Shown here: positions 23,757 to 36,581 of the stretch, one piece after another
Position numbering within the stretch: the first letter of the stretch is position 1
Layout of the letters: the number at the start of each line of letters is the position of its first letter
DNA from: Octopus sinensis
Lineage: Eukaryota
Length of the DNA: 64,000 bases
Reading direction: 5' to 3'
Assembly (NCBI RefSeq): GCF_006345805.1
Contig: NC_043001.1
Span: 38,688,001-38,752,000 of the forward strand
Made by a program: the position numbers and the translations under genes
Notes under the pieces: generated by a model
Seen by the model: the letters and a program-made list of their open reading frames with translations, nothing else
Database searches by the model: none
What the model was told of the DNA's origin: nothing

Positions 23757-24065
23757 CCTTATATGTCAAAGTAAAAACAACAGTTTCTTTTCCTATGGAG
23801 TTTTCCACTGTTAAGGTATAAGTACCAATATCATCATCTTTGATGTCTTCTAGCTTTAAACTAGTACAGTTTCCTTTGAAAGGAAACTCATTTGGTAAAT
23901 AATCAGTTATTAAATATTTGTTTGAGTCAATTGATTCCTCATTTTTCTGCCATTTTACATCAGATTTTGGATGCGAATAAAAACACTGTTTCAAAATTAC
24001 AGTTTCTCCATTTGAAACATTTCTCTTTTTTGGAACATTTAATACTGAACTGAACATGGCTTTCA
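23757..24065 (-). CDS. Ig-domain exon (5th in window) of a multi-Ig cell-surface protein
   Basis: ccaccag|TG AAA GCC ... TAT AAG G|gtaagt; 309 nt, phase 1-1; NGETVILKQCFYSHPKSDVKWQKN...DDDIGTYTLTVENSIG (I-set-like). Confidence 0.9.
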
Positions 24066-24194
24066 CTGGTGGAAAAAATAATAAAATATTAAAAGAGAAA
24101 ATACACATGTACTAGATATTAAATATTTTCTGAAACTAACAATAAATATTCTAAATTATCAATTGAAGAGAATTGAAGAAAATAAGATGAAATA

Positions 24195-24340
24195 ATCCTT
24201 TCTACTATAGGCAAAAAGGTCTGGAATTTTGGGGAAGGGGCTAGTCAATTATATCGACCCCAGTGCTTCACAGGTACTTATTTTATCGATTCCAAAAGAA
24301 TGAAAGGCAAAGCAGGCCTTGGTAGAATTTGAACTCAGAC
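24195..24340 (-). mobile_element. tRNA-derived SINE fragment (family clustered at 58500-60070)
   Basis: ctagtcaattatatcgaccccagtg...ggtacttattttatcg...gaatttgaactcaga. Confidence 0.6.
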
Positions 24341-25337
24341 TGTGATGCACATGGCAGTATAACCAAGCACTTAGAGTACTGACTGATGCAGTGGTGGAGA
24401 GGGTAATGTGAATTAGCAATGGCAAAAGGCCACAAGTAGTGGGGCATGGGAAGATAAAGGTTGCAAGCCAGCCACTGTAAGGGAGAAGAATGATCGAAAA
24501 TGGGGAGTTAGGAGTTTTCTGTTGATTCTGATGGTAAATATCACTTGTTACTTTTTACCATCAAGAGACTTGACCTTATCAAATGGTGCCAAGAAAAAAA
24601 GATGGTAAAGATGGTAGAGCCGACAGTTTCCTAGGAAGGAGACATTGAAAATGCTCTCCTCAGGAAAGAAAATATATGTTGTTTAAACTTTGTGAAAACA
24701 ATGGATGAGAGGTAATATACCTTCCTGTAGAGACAAGTGTCAGAGGATTTGTTGGAATCAGGGTTCACTTGATGCTCGGGAGTTTTGGACTAGGTGCAAA
24801 TGACACAAAAGATGTTACAAGAAAATTGCCGGAAGTTGTCAAGAAAGCAACTTATATCTTCCTCAGGAGAGAGCATGAGTGATGAAGCAAGAATTAGCAA
24901 TGAGGATGGTAGAAATAACTGATCCAGAGTTGCAACACCAAAGTTGATCACCAAAGCTTGTGCTGTTGCATGCACATCTTGTTGTTTACACCAGTAGGTG
25001 GCCCTGGGCAGTTCTAGTGTCATGATAGAAAGGGCTGAAACACCTACAAAGCTGCTTCACTGCCCCAAAAGAAATGAATGCCTGCATATACGTTCTTAGC
25101 TTCTTAACTGCAATTAAACAGACCCTAGCTAATTAGACATCCAGCAACTTTGTCAAAAATTCTTTTCCATCACTTTTTAACAAACCCAATAACATGAACA
25201 TATGTACATGGCAGCCAAACCTGTTGTATTTGCTATCCACAGTGTATCCAGTTTAACCTTCTACACATAACAAAACATTCAATCAGTTACTTTTTTTCAA
25301 CTCTACTCATTATTTAAGATGTCACTATTATAGCTTA

Positions 25338-26395
25338 GCCATGCTACATGGCAGTGAATGTGTACGAACAGCCATGCTACATGGCAGTGAAATGTGTACG
25401 AACAGCCATGCTACATGGCAGTGAAACATGAGCCGTGACTGCTGAGGACATGCATAAGCTCACAAAGAATGAAGCCAGCATGCTCCGATTGATGTGTAAT
25501 GTCAGTGTGCATACTTGACAGAGTGTTAGTCCCTTGAAAGAAAAGTTGTACCTAAGAAGCATCAGATGTGGTGTGCAAGAAAGACGACTGTGCTGGTATG
25601 GCTATGTGGTGAGAATGGATGTGGATAGTTGTGTGAAAAACTGCCACACCCTAGTGGTTGAGGGAACCTGTGGAAGAGGTAGACCCAGAAAGACCTGGGA
25701 TGAGGTGGTGAAGCATGACCTTCGAACATTAGGCCTCACCAAGGCAATAACTAGTGACCGGGACCTTTGGAAATATGCTGTGCTTGAGAAGACTCGGCAA
25801 GCTCAAGTGAGACCATAATCTTGTAATTTATGCCAGGGGTGTAACCAGCCCACTTATGCATACCTTTCCTTCACTGGACACTATTCTCCACTTGCGAAGA
25901 CCTGTTGAGGCAAATGAAATTGAAATCAAATTCAATGACTGGCATCCATGCTAGTGGAGCGCTAAGAGTACCATACGAGGATGATCATTGCCAAAGCAAC
26001 AAGCTAGCCTCCATGCCGATGGCACGTAAAAAGCACCATTCGAGTTTGATCATTACCTGCGTCGCCTTACTGGTACTTGTGCTGGTGGTACGTGAAAAAC
26101 CATTTGAACAAGGTCGTTGCCAGAGCCACTGGACTGGCTATTGTGCATGTGGCACATAAAAAGCACCATTTGAGTGTGGCCGCTACCAGTACCGCCTGAC
26201 TGGCCCTCGTGCCGGTGGCACGTAAAAAGCACCCACTACACTCTCGGACTGGTTGGCGTTAAGAAGGGCACCCAGCTGTAGAAACTCTGCCAGATCAGAT
26301 TGGAGTCTGGTGCAGTCATCTGGTTCACCAGACCTCAGTCAAATCGTCCAACCCATGTTAGCATGGAAAGCGGTCGTTAAACGATGATGATGATA
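25338..26395 (+). mobile_element. 5'-truncated RTE-clade LINE
   Basis: QERRLCWYGYVVRM and GRGRPRKTW motifs, 3' UTR, (GAT)n tail. Confidence 0.85.
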
Positions 26396-27218
26396 ATGAA
26401 TTTAAAACTACAATTCAAGTGAACAACTTCAAATGATGTATAGAAGTGGATAACTTGGTTTGCTGATTATTTTTATAGATGTGGCCAAAGACAAGACATT
26501 ACTGTGTAAAATAAAGAGGAAGGTTTTTCAAAGGATTCAAATTGATATAATCTGTACAAGATATCAATTCAGAAATTTTGAGATTTATGTAAGTTAGAAT
26601 GGGATTATCACTATGTGATATTGTCTCAGATATCACCTTGAGATTATTATTTCCAAGTGACTAATCCATTACAAAGTTTGAAATTTATGCTCAAAGATCA
26701 CTTAATCAAAAATGAAGAAATATGCAATTATGTGCATCATCTCTAATAAAGACAATCTCTACAATGCTACTCAGAAACAGCCTATTGGTTTCACAGCCAA
26801 TATTTCTAAGATTATGATGATTCATCACCTCCTACTTTAACTTTGATCTCAAGACATCTGAAGATATATAAAACTAGGTCTTCTAGAAACCATTACCTTT
26901 ATGTTACAAAGTGGCTTTCATGAAGGTCTAAACAGGATACAAACATTTCTCTTCTTTCTAAAGCTAACAAATATAGTATGATATAGAATTTAAATGAAAA
27001 CTCTATGTTACTAAAAGTTTTAGGAAGATCTTTGAAAAATAAATAATTTATTGCCAAAAAGGAAACTAACACCATATGTATCTCTTTATAATTTGAAATA
27101 ACAACAAATATTTTATGCTCTTGGTCTATAATTTAATTCATATGCTTCCAATTAATGTGAAAAAACGCTTTCAGTTCTTTTCTGGAAATATTGATGACAA
27201 TCACTTTATTAAAACAGC

Positions 27219-28464
27219 TGGGTTGACAACTAAGTTCCTGCCATCTTTTTAAATTTTGGAATTTATTACATTTTTAAATTTTGGAATCTTTTTTTTTTTT
27301 CTAGTTAATCTTAGTTAATTTTTGTTTATTTTCAGATCATTAAAATGGAATGTCAAGTTAAGAGAAACGAGCATTTTCAATACCTGCTTCTTTTTGATTT
27401 TAATCAAGGTTCTAAGGCCGCAAAAGCTGCTCGTGACATTTGTGCTGTGTATGGAGAGGGTACCATAGCTGAAAAAGCCACTCGTGATAGGTATGCCAAG
27501 TTCAAAAATGGAAATTTTGACCTTGAAGACACACCTTGTTCTGGCCGTCCAGTTGAGATTGATGTAGATTGGATTAAACCAACTTTTGCACGAAAATTCT
27601 CATGAAATGACAAGGGAACTGGCAGAGAAAATGGAATGCTTCCACACTGCTATAGAAAAGCATCTTCACTCAATGGGAAAGGTTCAGAAGTATGGAGCAT
27701 GGGTTTTTGCATGTTCTAAGTGACAACAACAAAAATTAACAAGCCACAATCTCCACTGGTTTGCTTGCTCATCACCGCTCAACTCATGGACACAAGCAAC
27801 GATTTCTTTACTGAATCGTTACTGGTGATGAAAAATAGTGCCTGTACATCAATATGAAAGAACATAAGGAATTGCTTAGCCCCGGTAAACAAGTGACACT
27901 GCGTGTAAAACAAGATCTTCATCGGCGTAAAACGATGTTGTGTATATGGTGGGACTGGGAAGGAATTATCCATTACGAATTGCTTGAATGGAACCAAACA
28001 GTCATTGTGGAACTCTATGTTCAACAGAGGGAACAACTCAACATGGCTATTCAAGAGAAAAGACCTAATCGGCAGCATAAAGCTCTTCTGCTGCATGACA
28101 ACGCCCGCCCTCATATTGCCAAAATGACCAAGGAAGGTGTTCAAATGCATGGCTGAGAAGTGCTGCTACACCCACCATACTCTCCTAATTTGGCACTAAT
28201 GGATTTCCACCTCTTTCTATCTCTTTCAAATGTTATGTGTAGAGTTTTGTTCAATAATGATACAGAATTGAGAGCTTGAATCAATTTTTTGAGCCAAAAT
28301 CGGGTGATTTCTACCAACGAGGTATTGACAATCTTGTTGAACATTGGGAAAAAGTAGTAAACAACAAGGGTGAATGCATTATTGATTAATTAGTTGTTAT
28401 TTTTCATTAAACCTTTTAAAAAATTTAAATTAAAAAAACGGCAGGAACTTAGTTGCCAACCCAA
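27219..28464 (+). mobile_element. Full-length mariner (Tc1/mariner) element with both TIRs
   Basis: TIRs tgggttgacaactaagttcctgcc / ggcaggaacttagttgccaaccca; ~1.25 kb. Confidence 0.9.
27345..28389 (+). pseudogene. Mariner transposase pseudogene
   Basis: HTH (SGRPVE), TGDEK, MLCIWWD, LHDNARPH, HPPYSPNLALMDFHLF; frameshifts and stops. Confidence 0.9.
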
Positions 28465-28661
28465 TACAATTCTTCAGTATTTATATCTCAAACAATTCCT
28501 GAAAATTATAATTTTATTGATACACATAAAAAGAAACAAAGTCCAACAATCTCCTAATGGGATAAAATAAAATAAATAACTGAACAATTTTACCATTCTA
28601 AAAATAAAAATTGAATTGTAAATATGTTTTAAAAATAATTGTGGCTTTGTAAAATACTTGC

Positions 28662-28913
28662 CTGGAATTTTGTAGTTTGATGACTTAGTCACATGAAAAT
28701 CATCATTGATTACATGACACTCCCATGTACCAGTATTATTGAAGGAAGGATTGTTTATAGATAATACTTCTTTATTATAAGTATTCTTAGTGGTGTTTCC
28801 CCATTTTTGCTTCAGTTTGTATTTATGAGTTGCTGGATTTCCATCAGATGCAGTGCAACTAATTATTATTTCATTTGTCTTTTTTGAAATATTAAAGTTT
28901 ACTTGAGGAGGAT
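28662..28913 (-). CDS. Ig-domain exon (4th in window), GC donor
   Basis: ttttaag|AT CCT CCT CAA ... ATT CCA G|gcaagt; 252 nt open, phase 1-1; YPPQV...ISCTASDGNPATHKYKL...NTGTWECHVIN. Confidence 0.85.
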
Positions 28914-29749
28914 CTTAAAAAAATAAAATAAAAAATAAAATAAAATAATCAAGGAACAGTTTCAATTTAGAAAATAGGATTAAAATTCAAAATTTCAGTT
29001 TCACACACATTTTAAATTCAGATTCTATGATTGTCATTGAACATGTTTCTCATACAGGATATCAAAGCAAAATACAGTAAGCAAACTAAACCACCACAAT
29101 CTTGGGACAATTTGAGCTTGGCCCTGTGGCTAATGAAATCTTTATAAGGTTTTCAAGATTTACAGGAGGTTGCAACAGTGAGATATACTTCCATGCAGTA
29201 CTTGTATCTAGATGGGTAGATTGTCCATTGAGAAATAACTGTATTCACCAGGAAGATAGTTTACTGAGTTGTAGAGTAAACAAACAATTCATGAAATTTC
29301 TACTAATAATATTCATAAAAATTGTCAACCCATACAGATATAAGAAATTAAAATCATTTCACAATGAAATTTCTTCACATAACATGCAAAAAATGCCTCT
29401 CAATAAGAGAAATTAGAAGCGTTCTTCAGTAGATCATGGGAAAAAGGATATATCCGTTCTTCATCACAATATCAATGTAGTGTTTAAATGTATCCACTTA
29501 GGGTAATAGCATGATAGGAAGAAAGTGGTAAGATGCCAGACAAATGAAACCAAAGTAATTGAAAATACTGGGTCAAAAGATTCAAATATTAAGTTTTTAT
29601 GTTGTTGAAGTTGATGTAGTTTTCATTCTGAGAACAAAATATAAATAAACTGAATAAAATAAATTATTGAAGTAAATACGTATATAGTACTGAGATGAAC
29701 TTTTTAAATGAACTCTTTAAATTTAAACAGTTAGCTTTGCTTTTTTTGT

Positions 29750-32200
29750 CTTAATATCATTTTTAATTAGAGCCCTTTATCCAAAGTTATGGGTTTAACC
29801 AAATAAACAGTTGTATATATTTTGGTTAGATTTAAATGTAACCTTTACTTTTGATGCCCTTATCCATAGATGCTTATGATTTTCAATTGTACATCAGACA
29901 TTATGCTTTTGTCTTGTCATCTCTAATCAAAGTTTCTCAATCTCTTCTGTAATGATATTTAGGGTTTTTTACATTTCCACACTGAAAAATTTGATAAATG
30001 CATTATAAACTCTTTGATTTATCCAAACTTGAAGTCTGAATGTGACATCTTTGAAATTTGTTGTACTGATTTGATTGTATAACTAATACAGAATCTTTGT
30101 ATCTTTCTAGGCAACTGTTTGTTGTAAAGTGGAGCTACCAGTGATTGGGGATTTCATTGCATACATATAGAAGAATACAGGTTATTTATTGCAGAAAAAT
30201 ATGGTCTCCAAATGACTGCTTATATTTGAAAAAATACTTCAATAGGATAGACACATTTTCTTGATGTTTTAAATCACCTCCTTTTCCTTCTCCTTCTTCA
30301 TATCCACTCTCCATGCTGGCAAGGAAGGGTAGTCACATATGGGACCTTACTGAGACCACTGTTTTCATAGACAAGTTGGAAGACTATGCCACATTTGGTT
30401 AGGTTTTGACTATGTTTCAATAGATAGATGTGCTTCCTATGACCAACCTGTACACAGCGTACTAAATGTATTTTAGTGTAGTACCACCACTAAAGAAGTT
30501 GTCATATCTTTGGCTAGAGAAGACCAAATACACCTCTTGACTCTATGCTTTCTCTGTTCATTTACCAGCTACTTTACAGAGCGTATTGGATGCATTTTAT
30601 TGTGGTACCAGCATTAGAGAGGAGGTTATGTCCTCAGCAAGAGAGAACTGAAGGGATCTCTTGACTATGCTTTCTCTGCTTATTTACCAACACCTCAACA
30701 GAGTGTATTGTAAATATTTTTTCTTATCACTATAAGAGTAGTGAGACTCAAAACTGCAGTAGAGTCCAGTGGATGATGTTTATTTTTCTACTGTAAATAC
30801 CTCTCCCTGGCCACTCAGAAACTGGAGTTGCCCAAAAAAACATAGCTGAGCCAAAATGCACATTTTATTGCTACATTTTCAGAAATATATATATATTTAA
30901 ATTGCTTAATTACTGGCAATATAAAGTGTATCTCACATTTTATTTGGAAGTTCAATAGTCTTGTATAGGCATTTTTATAAGTTATATTAACTAGTGACAT
31001 ATTTTGCAATAACTATTCAAAATATTGATCTAGTTTGTTTCCGAAAGTAGAACTTCACCAAAAAAAGAGCCCCCCCCCCCCCCCGAATTATTGTGAGCAA
31101 GCAAATCACATTAAAGTTGATGACTTGAAAACTAGATCAATACATCCCATTTTTCATGTACAATGAACTAAAAAGAACAAACTCTTTTATTAGTTCATTG
31201 AAATGTACAGCACCCATGAAAAATGGGACACTTCAATCAGTAAGAAGGGAAATAAATTTTGCTGGTAACAACTCATAAAAGAATATGCTGAGTATCTACA
31301 GCTGGCAACTGATCTTGACAGAATCTTGAGTAATTGTATGTTTGTAGATTATATATGTGTGTAATAAGTTATTTTGTATTTAATTTTAGCATGCTTAAAG
31401 ATGTGATTAGTGTGTATTCTACTCTGACATTATTGAAGTTGCATTTCCTTTCACAGCAGAAATGATTATGATGCTGCTGTCATTAGGACAATTTGTGATG
31501 ACATTCATTTCTTCTTAAAATATGTTTTGGTTTAAAATGTTTGCCTTGCTCAGTAAATTTTGTCTTTTCAGGTTAGCTCGTATTTTCCAGGTTTTTTAAC
31601 AAACATTTTGCTGATAATCATGATTTCTAGGTGGGAGTTGCAATCAAAAGTTTTATTGAAAACTTAGCTTCTCTAATTTCAAAATTCAGTGAGCTACCTT
31701 CAGTTAAGGATAATAAATAAGTTAGGTTGGGTACATCATATGCTTTGCGACATTTATGTGAACTGCATTAGTCTATTCAAATTCAAAATGAGATAATGCT
31801 TCAGTGGCATTGAATATAAAATCAAAATTTTTAGGTTTTGAATTGTGTTTTGACAAATTTTGAGTTCAAATGTCTTATTTATCAAGTTTCTATCCTAGGG
31901 AGAGATATTTCAATTAAACAGGTCTCTGTAAAACAAATTTGACACCTATCTATCCATTAATAGTGGATAAGGATACTGAAATATTACAGGAGAAATTAAA
32001 TGTGCCTACTTAAAACCTAGTAAAAAGGATATCAATATTTAGAAATTGGGCAGTTGTAGATGTTTACAGAATACACCATTTGAAGTAGGGTGGTTGTAGA
32101 GAGCAAAATATGGACTTCAGAGACCAGAAAAATTACAAACACCCATATTCATTTAAACTGGAGAAACTGATGTGATGTTTGGTCACAATAAATCCCTTAG
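29750..32200 (-). mobile_element. Highly decayed CR1/L2-like LINE remnant
   Basis: Only vestigial motifs: AKAYDVP-like near 31730 and RGHQ-like near 29860. Confidence 0.35.
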
Positions 32201-33309
32201 TAAAATCAAGGATCAACAAACCCAAATTATTTTTCAGTTCTTTTGTTCATATTTACAGGTCATGCTCTTAATCTGAGGGAGTTCTTTTGAAGCTCAACAA
32301 CAATATTGCACAGAATGGATGTCATTAACATAATTCTTAAAGTAAATAGAGTGAATACAGCAGGTCAATGATTTTTTTTAGAGATCAGTCAACAAAAATT
32401 ATTTGTAGGCATTATCTTTCACAAACTCTCCAAGACTGGTAAGACTGATACAGCCTATGTTCAGTTGTACACATCAATATCTACAGGCAAGTCATAGGTG
32501 GGAAGGGAATTTCACATTGTTCAACTCTAAGAAGGTTTGATTATGCATAGTGGTCAATGAAATACAGTATTGACGAGAAGAATGGGAGAGATAGATGTAT
32601 TGGGTGAACTTGGATGGAGGTTGTTTAAAGCTAGGAGCAGTGATCAGAGTAATAATAATATAAGAAGCAGAGATAAGAAAAGCACATGTATGGGCAAGAA
32701 ATGGTATGTGTTACTGAGTCATTATCAATTGGTGAGGCTTTCACTGAGCAAATCTGTCCTGGGTGTAAGAGCAGTAATTCTTTGTGGATCTTGAATTTTG
32801 TAGAAAATCAGTAATTGCTCAAAAGCTGAAATATTTTCTACTTCTGAAGCGAAAAGGTAGTCTTTAGGATACTGTTTCAGTTAGGTTATGTGGGTTTTCA
32901 GTATATATTACCAGAAATTGTGAAACCTACCTTTTATAGTGACTATGACCTAAATATTAATCAGTTTTGTCCTCTTCAGTTCCACACAGGCTGACTTTAT
33001 TTTTCCTTACTCTTAACTGATGAAGTAGTATTGATTTCATGACTACACTCCTTCCTTAAATAATAAACCGCTTTACTGATCAAAAAGACTGAACTCCATT
33101 GCAGAATGATTGGTGATAGGAAGGGCATTCAGCTGTAAAACCTATCACAACCCCCTAGCATAAAAAAATAAATCATATACACCAGAGACAGATGATGTAA
33201 AGAGTATCAATGATGATGGACTATGACAAGTGGAAAGGGTTGAGGTGGAACAAATCCTTCTAACTCATGCCAGCATTGAAAAATAGGCATAAGACAATGA
33301 TGATAATGA

Positions 33310-33630
33310 TGATGATCATCATCATAGTTTAACGTCCACTTTCCATGCTGGCATGCATTGGACGGTTCGACTGAGGAGTGGCAAGCCAGAAGGCTGCACC
33401 AGGTTCCAATCTGATCTGGCATGGTTTCTACAGCTGGATGACTTTCCTAATGCCAACCACTCTGAGAGTGTAATGGGTGCTTTTTATGTGCCACCAGTAT
33501 GAGGGCCAGTCAGGCGATACTGGTATCGACCACCTCGAATGATGCTTTTATGTGCCACTGGCACAGGAGCCAGCACTGGTAATGACCATGCTCCAGTGGT
33601 GTTTTTTACATGCCATCGACACAGGGTTGC
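33310..33630 (-). mobile_element. RTE 3'-UTR/tail fragment
   Basis: (ATC)n, aacgtccactttccatgctggcatg, gtttctacagctggatg. Confidence 0.75.
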
Positions 33631-34007
33631 TTAAAGATGGTAAGAATATGACAAATCCATGCGTGTCGCTCACAAGTGAAGATGACCCACAAGTGAAGAT
33701 GATTTTAGACACTTATGCAATCACAAGGAGACATAAATGCCCTCTCAGTGTACCCACTCTTGACCCAGTAGATCATCAAGGAGGTGTTGGTTGAAGAGAG
33801 AGAGGGCTGCACTAGCACTTAGCTGGTAGTCATTTTCAGCTGAGTAGACTAGAGCAATGTAAAGTGATGTGCTTTGCCCAAGGACACAATATGCCACGCA
33901 ATCTGAGAATTTATACAAAGAAGTAAAAGACATTTGATGATGGTGAGGATATTAGTGATAGTAGTAGTAGTAGGAGGAGGAGGAACAAATATTTATATTT
34001 AACATAC

Positions 34008-34257
34008 ATTTGAACAGGATATTAATTTCCTTTTTAGCTGTCAAATTTCCATTCCTTTTGCTCTTTGCAATGGCAGTGCAGAAAACATCACTGATATTTT
34101 TACGATTAAAAGTTAATATAGAATTTGAAAGGAAATTTCCATTTTTATTCTCCAACCACACTTCTGGGGTAGGGTTTCCTTTTGCAGAACAGTTTATAAT
34201 GGATGCTTGATCCTCAAATAATGTCACATTCTCTGGTGCAGTAATATCAGGTGGAAT
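34008..34257 (-). CDS. Ig-domain exon (3rd in window); starts in phase 0 as assembled
   Basis: ttttatag|ATT CCA CCT GAT ... TTC AAA T|gtatgt; 250 nt; PPDITAPENVTLFEDQASIINCSAKGNPTPEVW...VFCTA. Confidence 0.8.
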
Positions 34258-36286
34258 CTATAAAATTAAAAAAAAAAATGAATGAAATTTTTAAATATCA
34301 CACACTGAAAAATTTTGAAGAAACATCCTGAAACACTTTGCTATAAATTATTATAAAATTTGTTTAATTCTTTGAATCCTAACATTCTGTCAGGTGTGCA
34401 ACAATACCAGCCAAGTACATGAAAATCACAAAAACACTGAAAAAAATAAGGCAAATTCAACTGGAAAAAAAATGCAATAAATATATTTTCTACTATAGGT
34501 GCAAAGCCTGTAATTTGGGGGAGGAAGCTACTTGATTACATTAACCCCAATGTTGAACTGGTATTTATTCTATCACTCTGAACGGATAAAAGACTAAGTC
34601 AACCTCTACAGAATCTGAACTTTGAATCATCATCATCATCATCATCATTTAACGTCCGTTTTCTGTGCTAGCATGGGTTGGACGGATGTAAAGACAAATG
34701 AAATACTGCTAAGCATTTTTGTCTGGGGTGATAACGTTGTATTAAATATAAATTATGTTTAATTTGTAATGAGATATCTTTTACATCACTCCCTTATGTC
34801 TTCTGTCTTTGATCACCAAATTTTCCAGTAGTTATTATCTCCAGTGTAAATAAACAAGAATATATTCTTATCTTTCACACCCCAATCCTGTCCTCACTAC
34901 CCTACCCTGCCCCTTGTAACAATGCCATCTTTTGTTTCCCATGTCCTCTATATACCCAAGTTTCACCAGTCCCATATTCCCCTTCCCCTTGCTTCCTGCA
35001 TTCATGTCAAGTCCATCCTTCCTGCTCATGCACCCTTGGAAATATTCTACCATCCCATTTATATTTTGATCCCTGTACCTTGAGGTATGCTCTGGCACTT
35101 CATCATCACTCTCTCTCTCTATCTCTCTCTCACCTTTCTCACTCTCGCTCTTTCTCACCCTTTTCTCTCATGTTCTCTCACACTCTCACTCTCTTCTAGT
35201 CTCTCTCTCATTCTTGATCTTTCATCTCTCTTCGCTCTCTTGGTCTCTCCCTCTGACTGGATAACTATGTATCTCCTCTACACCAACATACCAGTTTCTG
35301 TCCCTGTCACACTATAACCTCTCATCACCTGACACAAACCCACCTCCTCCAATACACCCTCCCCTTAGAAGATCTTTGTGTAGTGAATTACTGAATGACT
35401 CCAGCAGATCTGGTGCCAAATAAAAAGCATCCAGTTCACTTTGTAAGGTGGTTGGTGTTAGGAAGAGCATCCAGCCATAAAAGCCATGCCAAAACAGACA
35501 GTGATGCCTGGTGCCAGCTTCTGGCTTGCTAGATCCTGTCAAACTATCCAACTCATGCCAGCATGGAAAACAGATGTTAAATGACAATGAAGATGATGAC
35601 GATATTCATTATCACAATTATAATCAGAATATGATGCATTTATCTTTGATACATTATCTTTTTGATAGAGAATTTCTTTGTGTTGATCAACCTCTCTTCA
35701 TGTGACATATCTATTGCTGGCAGATCCCAAGCATTCTATCAATAGTCCCTGCACAAAAGGCTTACTGAAGTCAATTTTACAAGAGAAACTATAAAAATAA
35801 GCTTTGAGTATTTGGCAACAATTAAATAAAACAAGAACTACACATGAATTATACATAAAGCTATTGGGGGGGGGGCCTGTATACAGTGGCTCAACTTGCC
35901 TGAAATAGAAGCTAAATTTCCTTTACATCATTCCCTGTTTAATACACTATGTTTGAAAAATAGTGTAGGACAAAAGCCCTTCGGACATGTTAACTGTTGT
36001 AACTATTTTAAGTAGGCAATGATTGTAAGAGAGAAAATATTTGTCATTTATTTATTTTAGTGTCATACTAAGTAAAATTGCTGTCTTCTATACATAGTCT
36101 TGTTCTTTCAGGTGCAAATGACACATAGTAAGCAACCAGCACATTCTGTTAAGTGGTTGGCATTAGGAAAGGCATTCAGTTGTACAAACCATGCCATAAC
36201 AAACAACTGGAATCTGGCCAATTGGCAAGTTTCATGTCAAACAGTCCAACCCACAGCAAGGAAAATGTAAGTTAAATGACAATGAT

Positions 36287-36334
<48 letters not shown>

Positions 36335-36336
<2 letters not shown>

Positions 36337-36548
36337 GCCTCGCCTGGCACCTGTGCAGGTGGCACGTAAAAAGCACCCACTACACTCACGGAGTGGTTGG
36401 CGTTAGGAAGGGCATCCAGCTGTAGAAACATTGCCAGATAAGACTGGAGCCTGGGGCAGCCTTCTGGCTTCCCAGATCCCCAGTCGAACCGTCCAACCCA
36501 TGCTAGCATGGAGAACGGACGTTAAACGATGATGATGATGATGATGAT
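36335..36548 (+). mobile_element. RTE 3'-tail fragment (similar copies at ~20915-21125, 23245-23545, 35400-35600, 46215-46467)
   Basis: ggcacgtaaaaagcacccactacactc...gcatggagaacggacgttaaac(gat)n. Confidence 0.8.
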
Positions 36549-36581
36549 ATATATATATATATATATATATAAATATTAGAA

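Noticed and set aside
29050-29600. Faint GPCR-like words on the minus strand (LISLIERHF, HRAKL)
   Set aside because: Many stops and no convincing TM pattern or splice sites; cannot be supported without a profile search.
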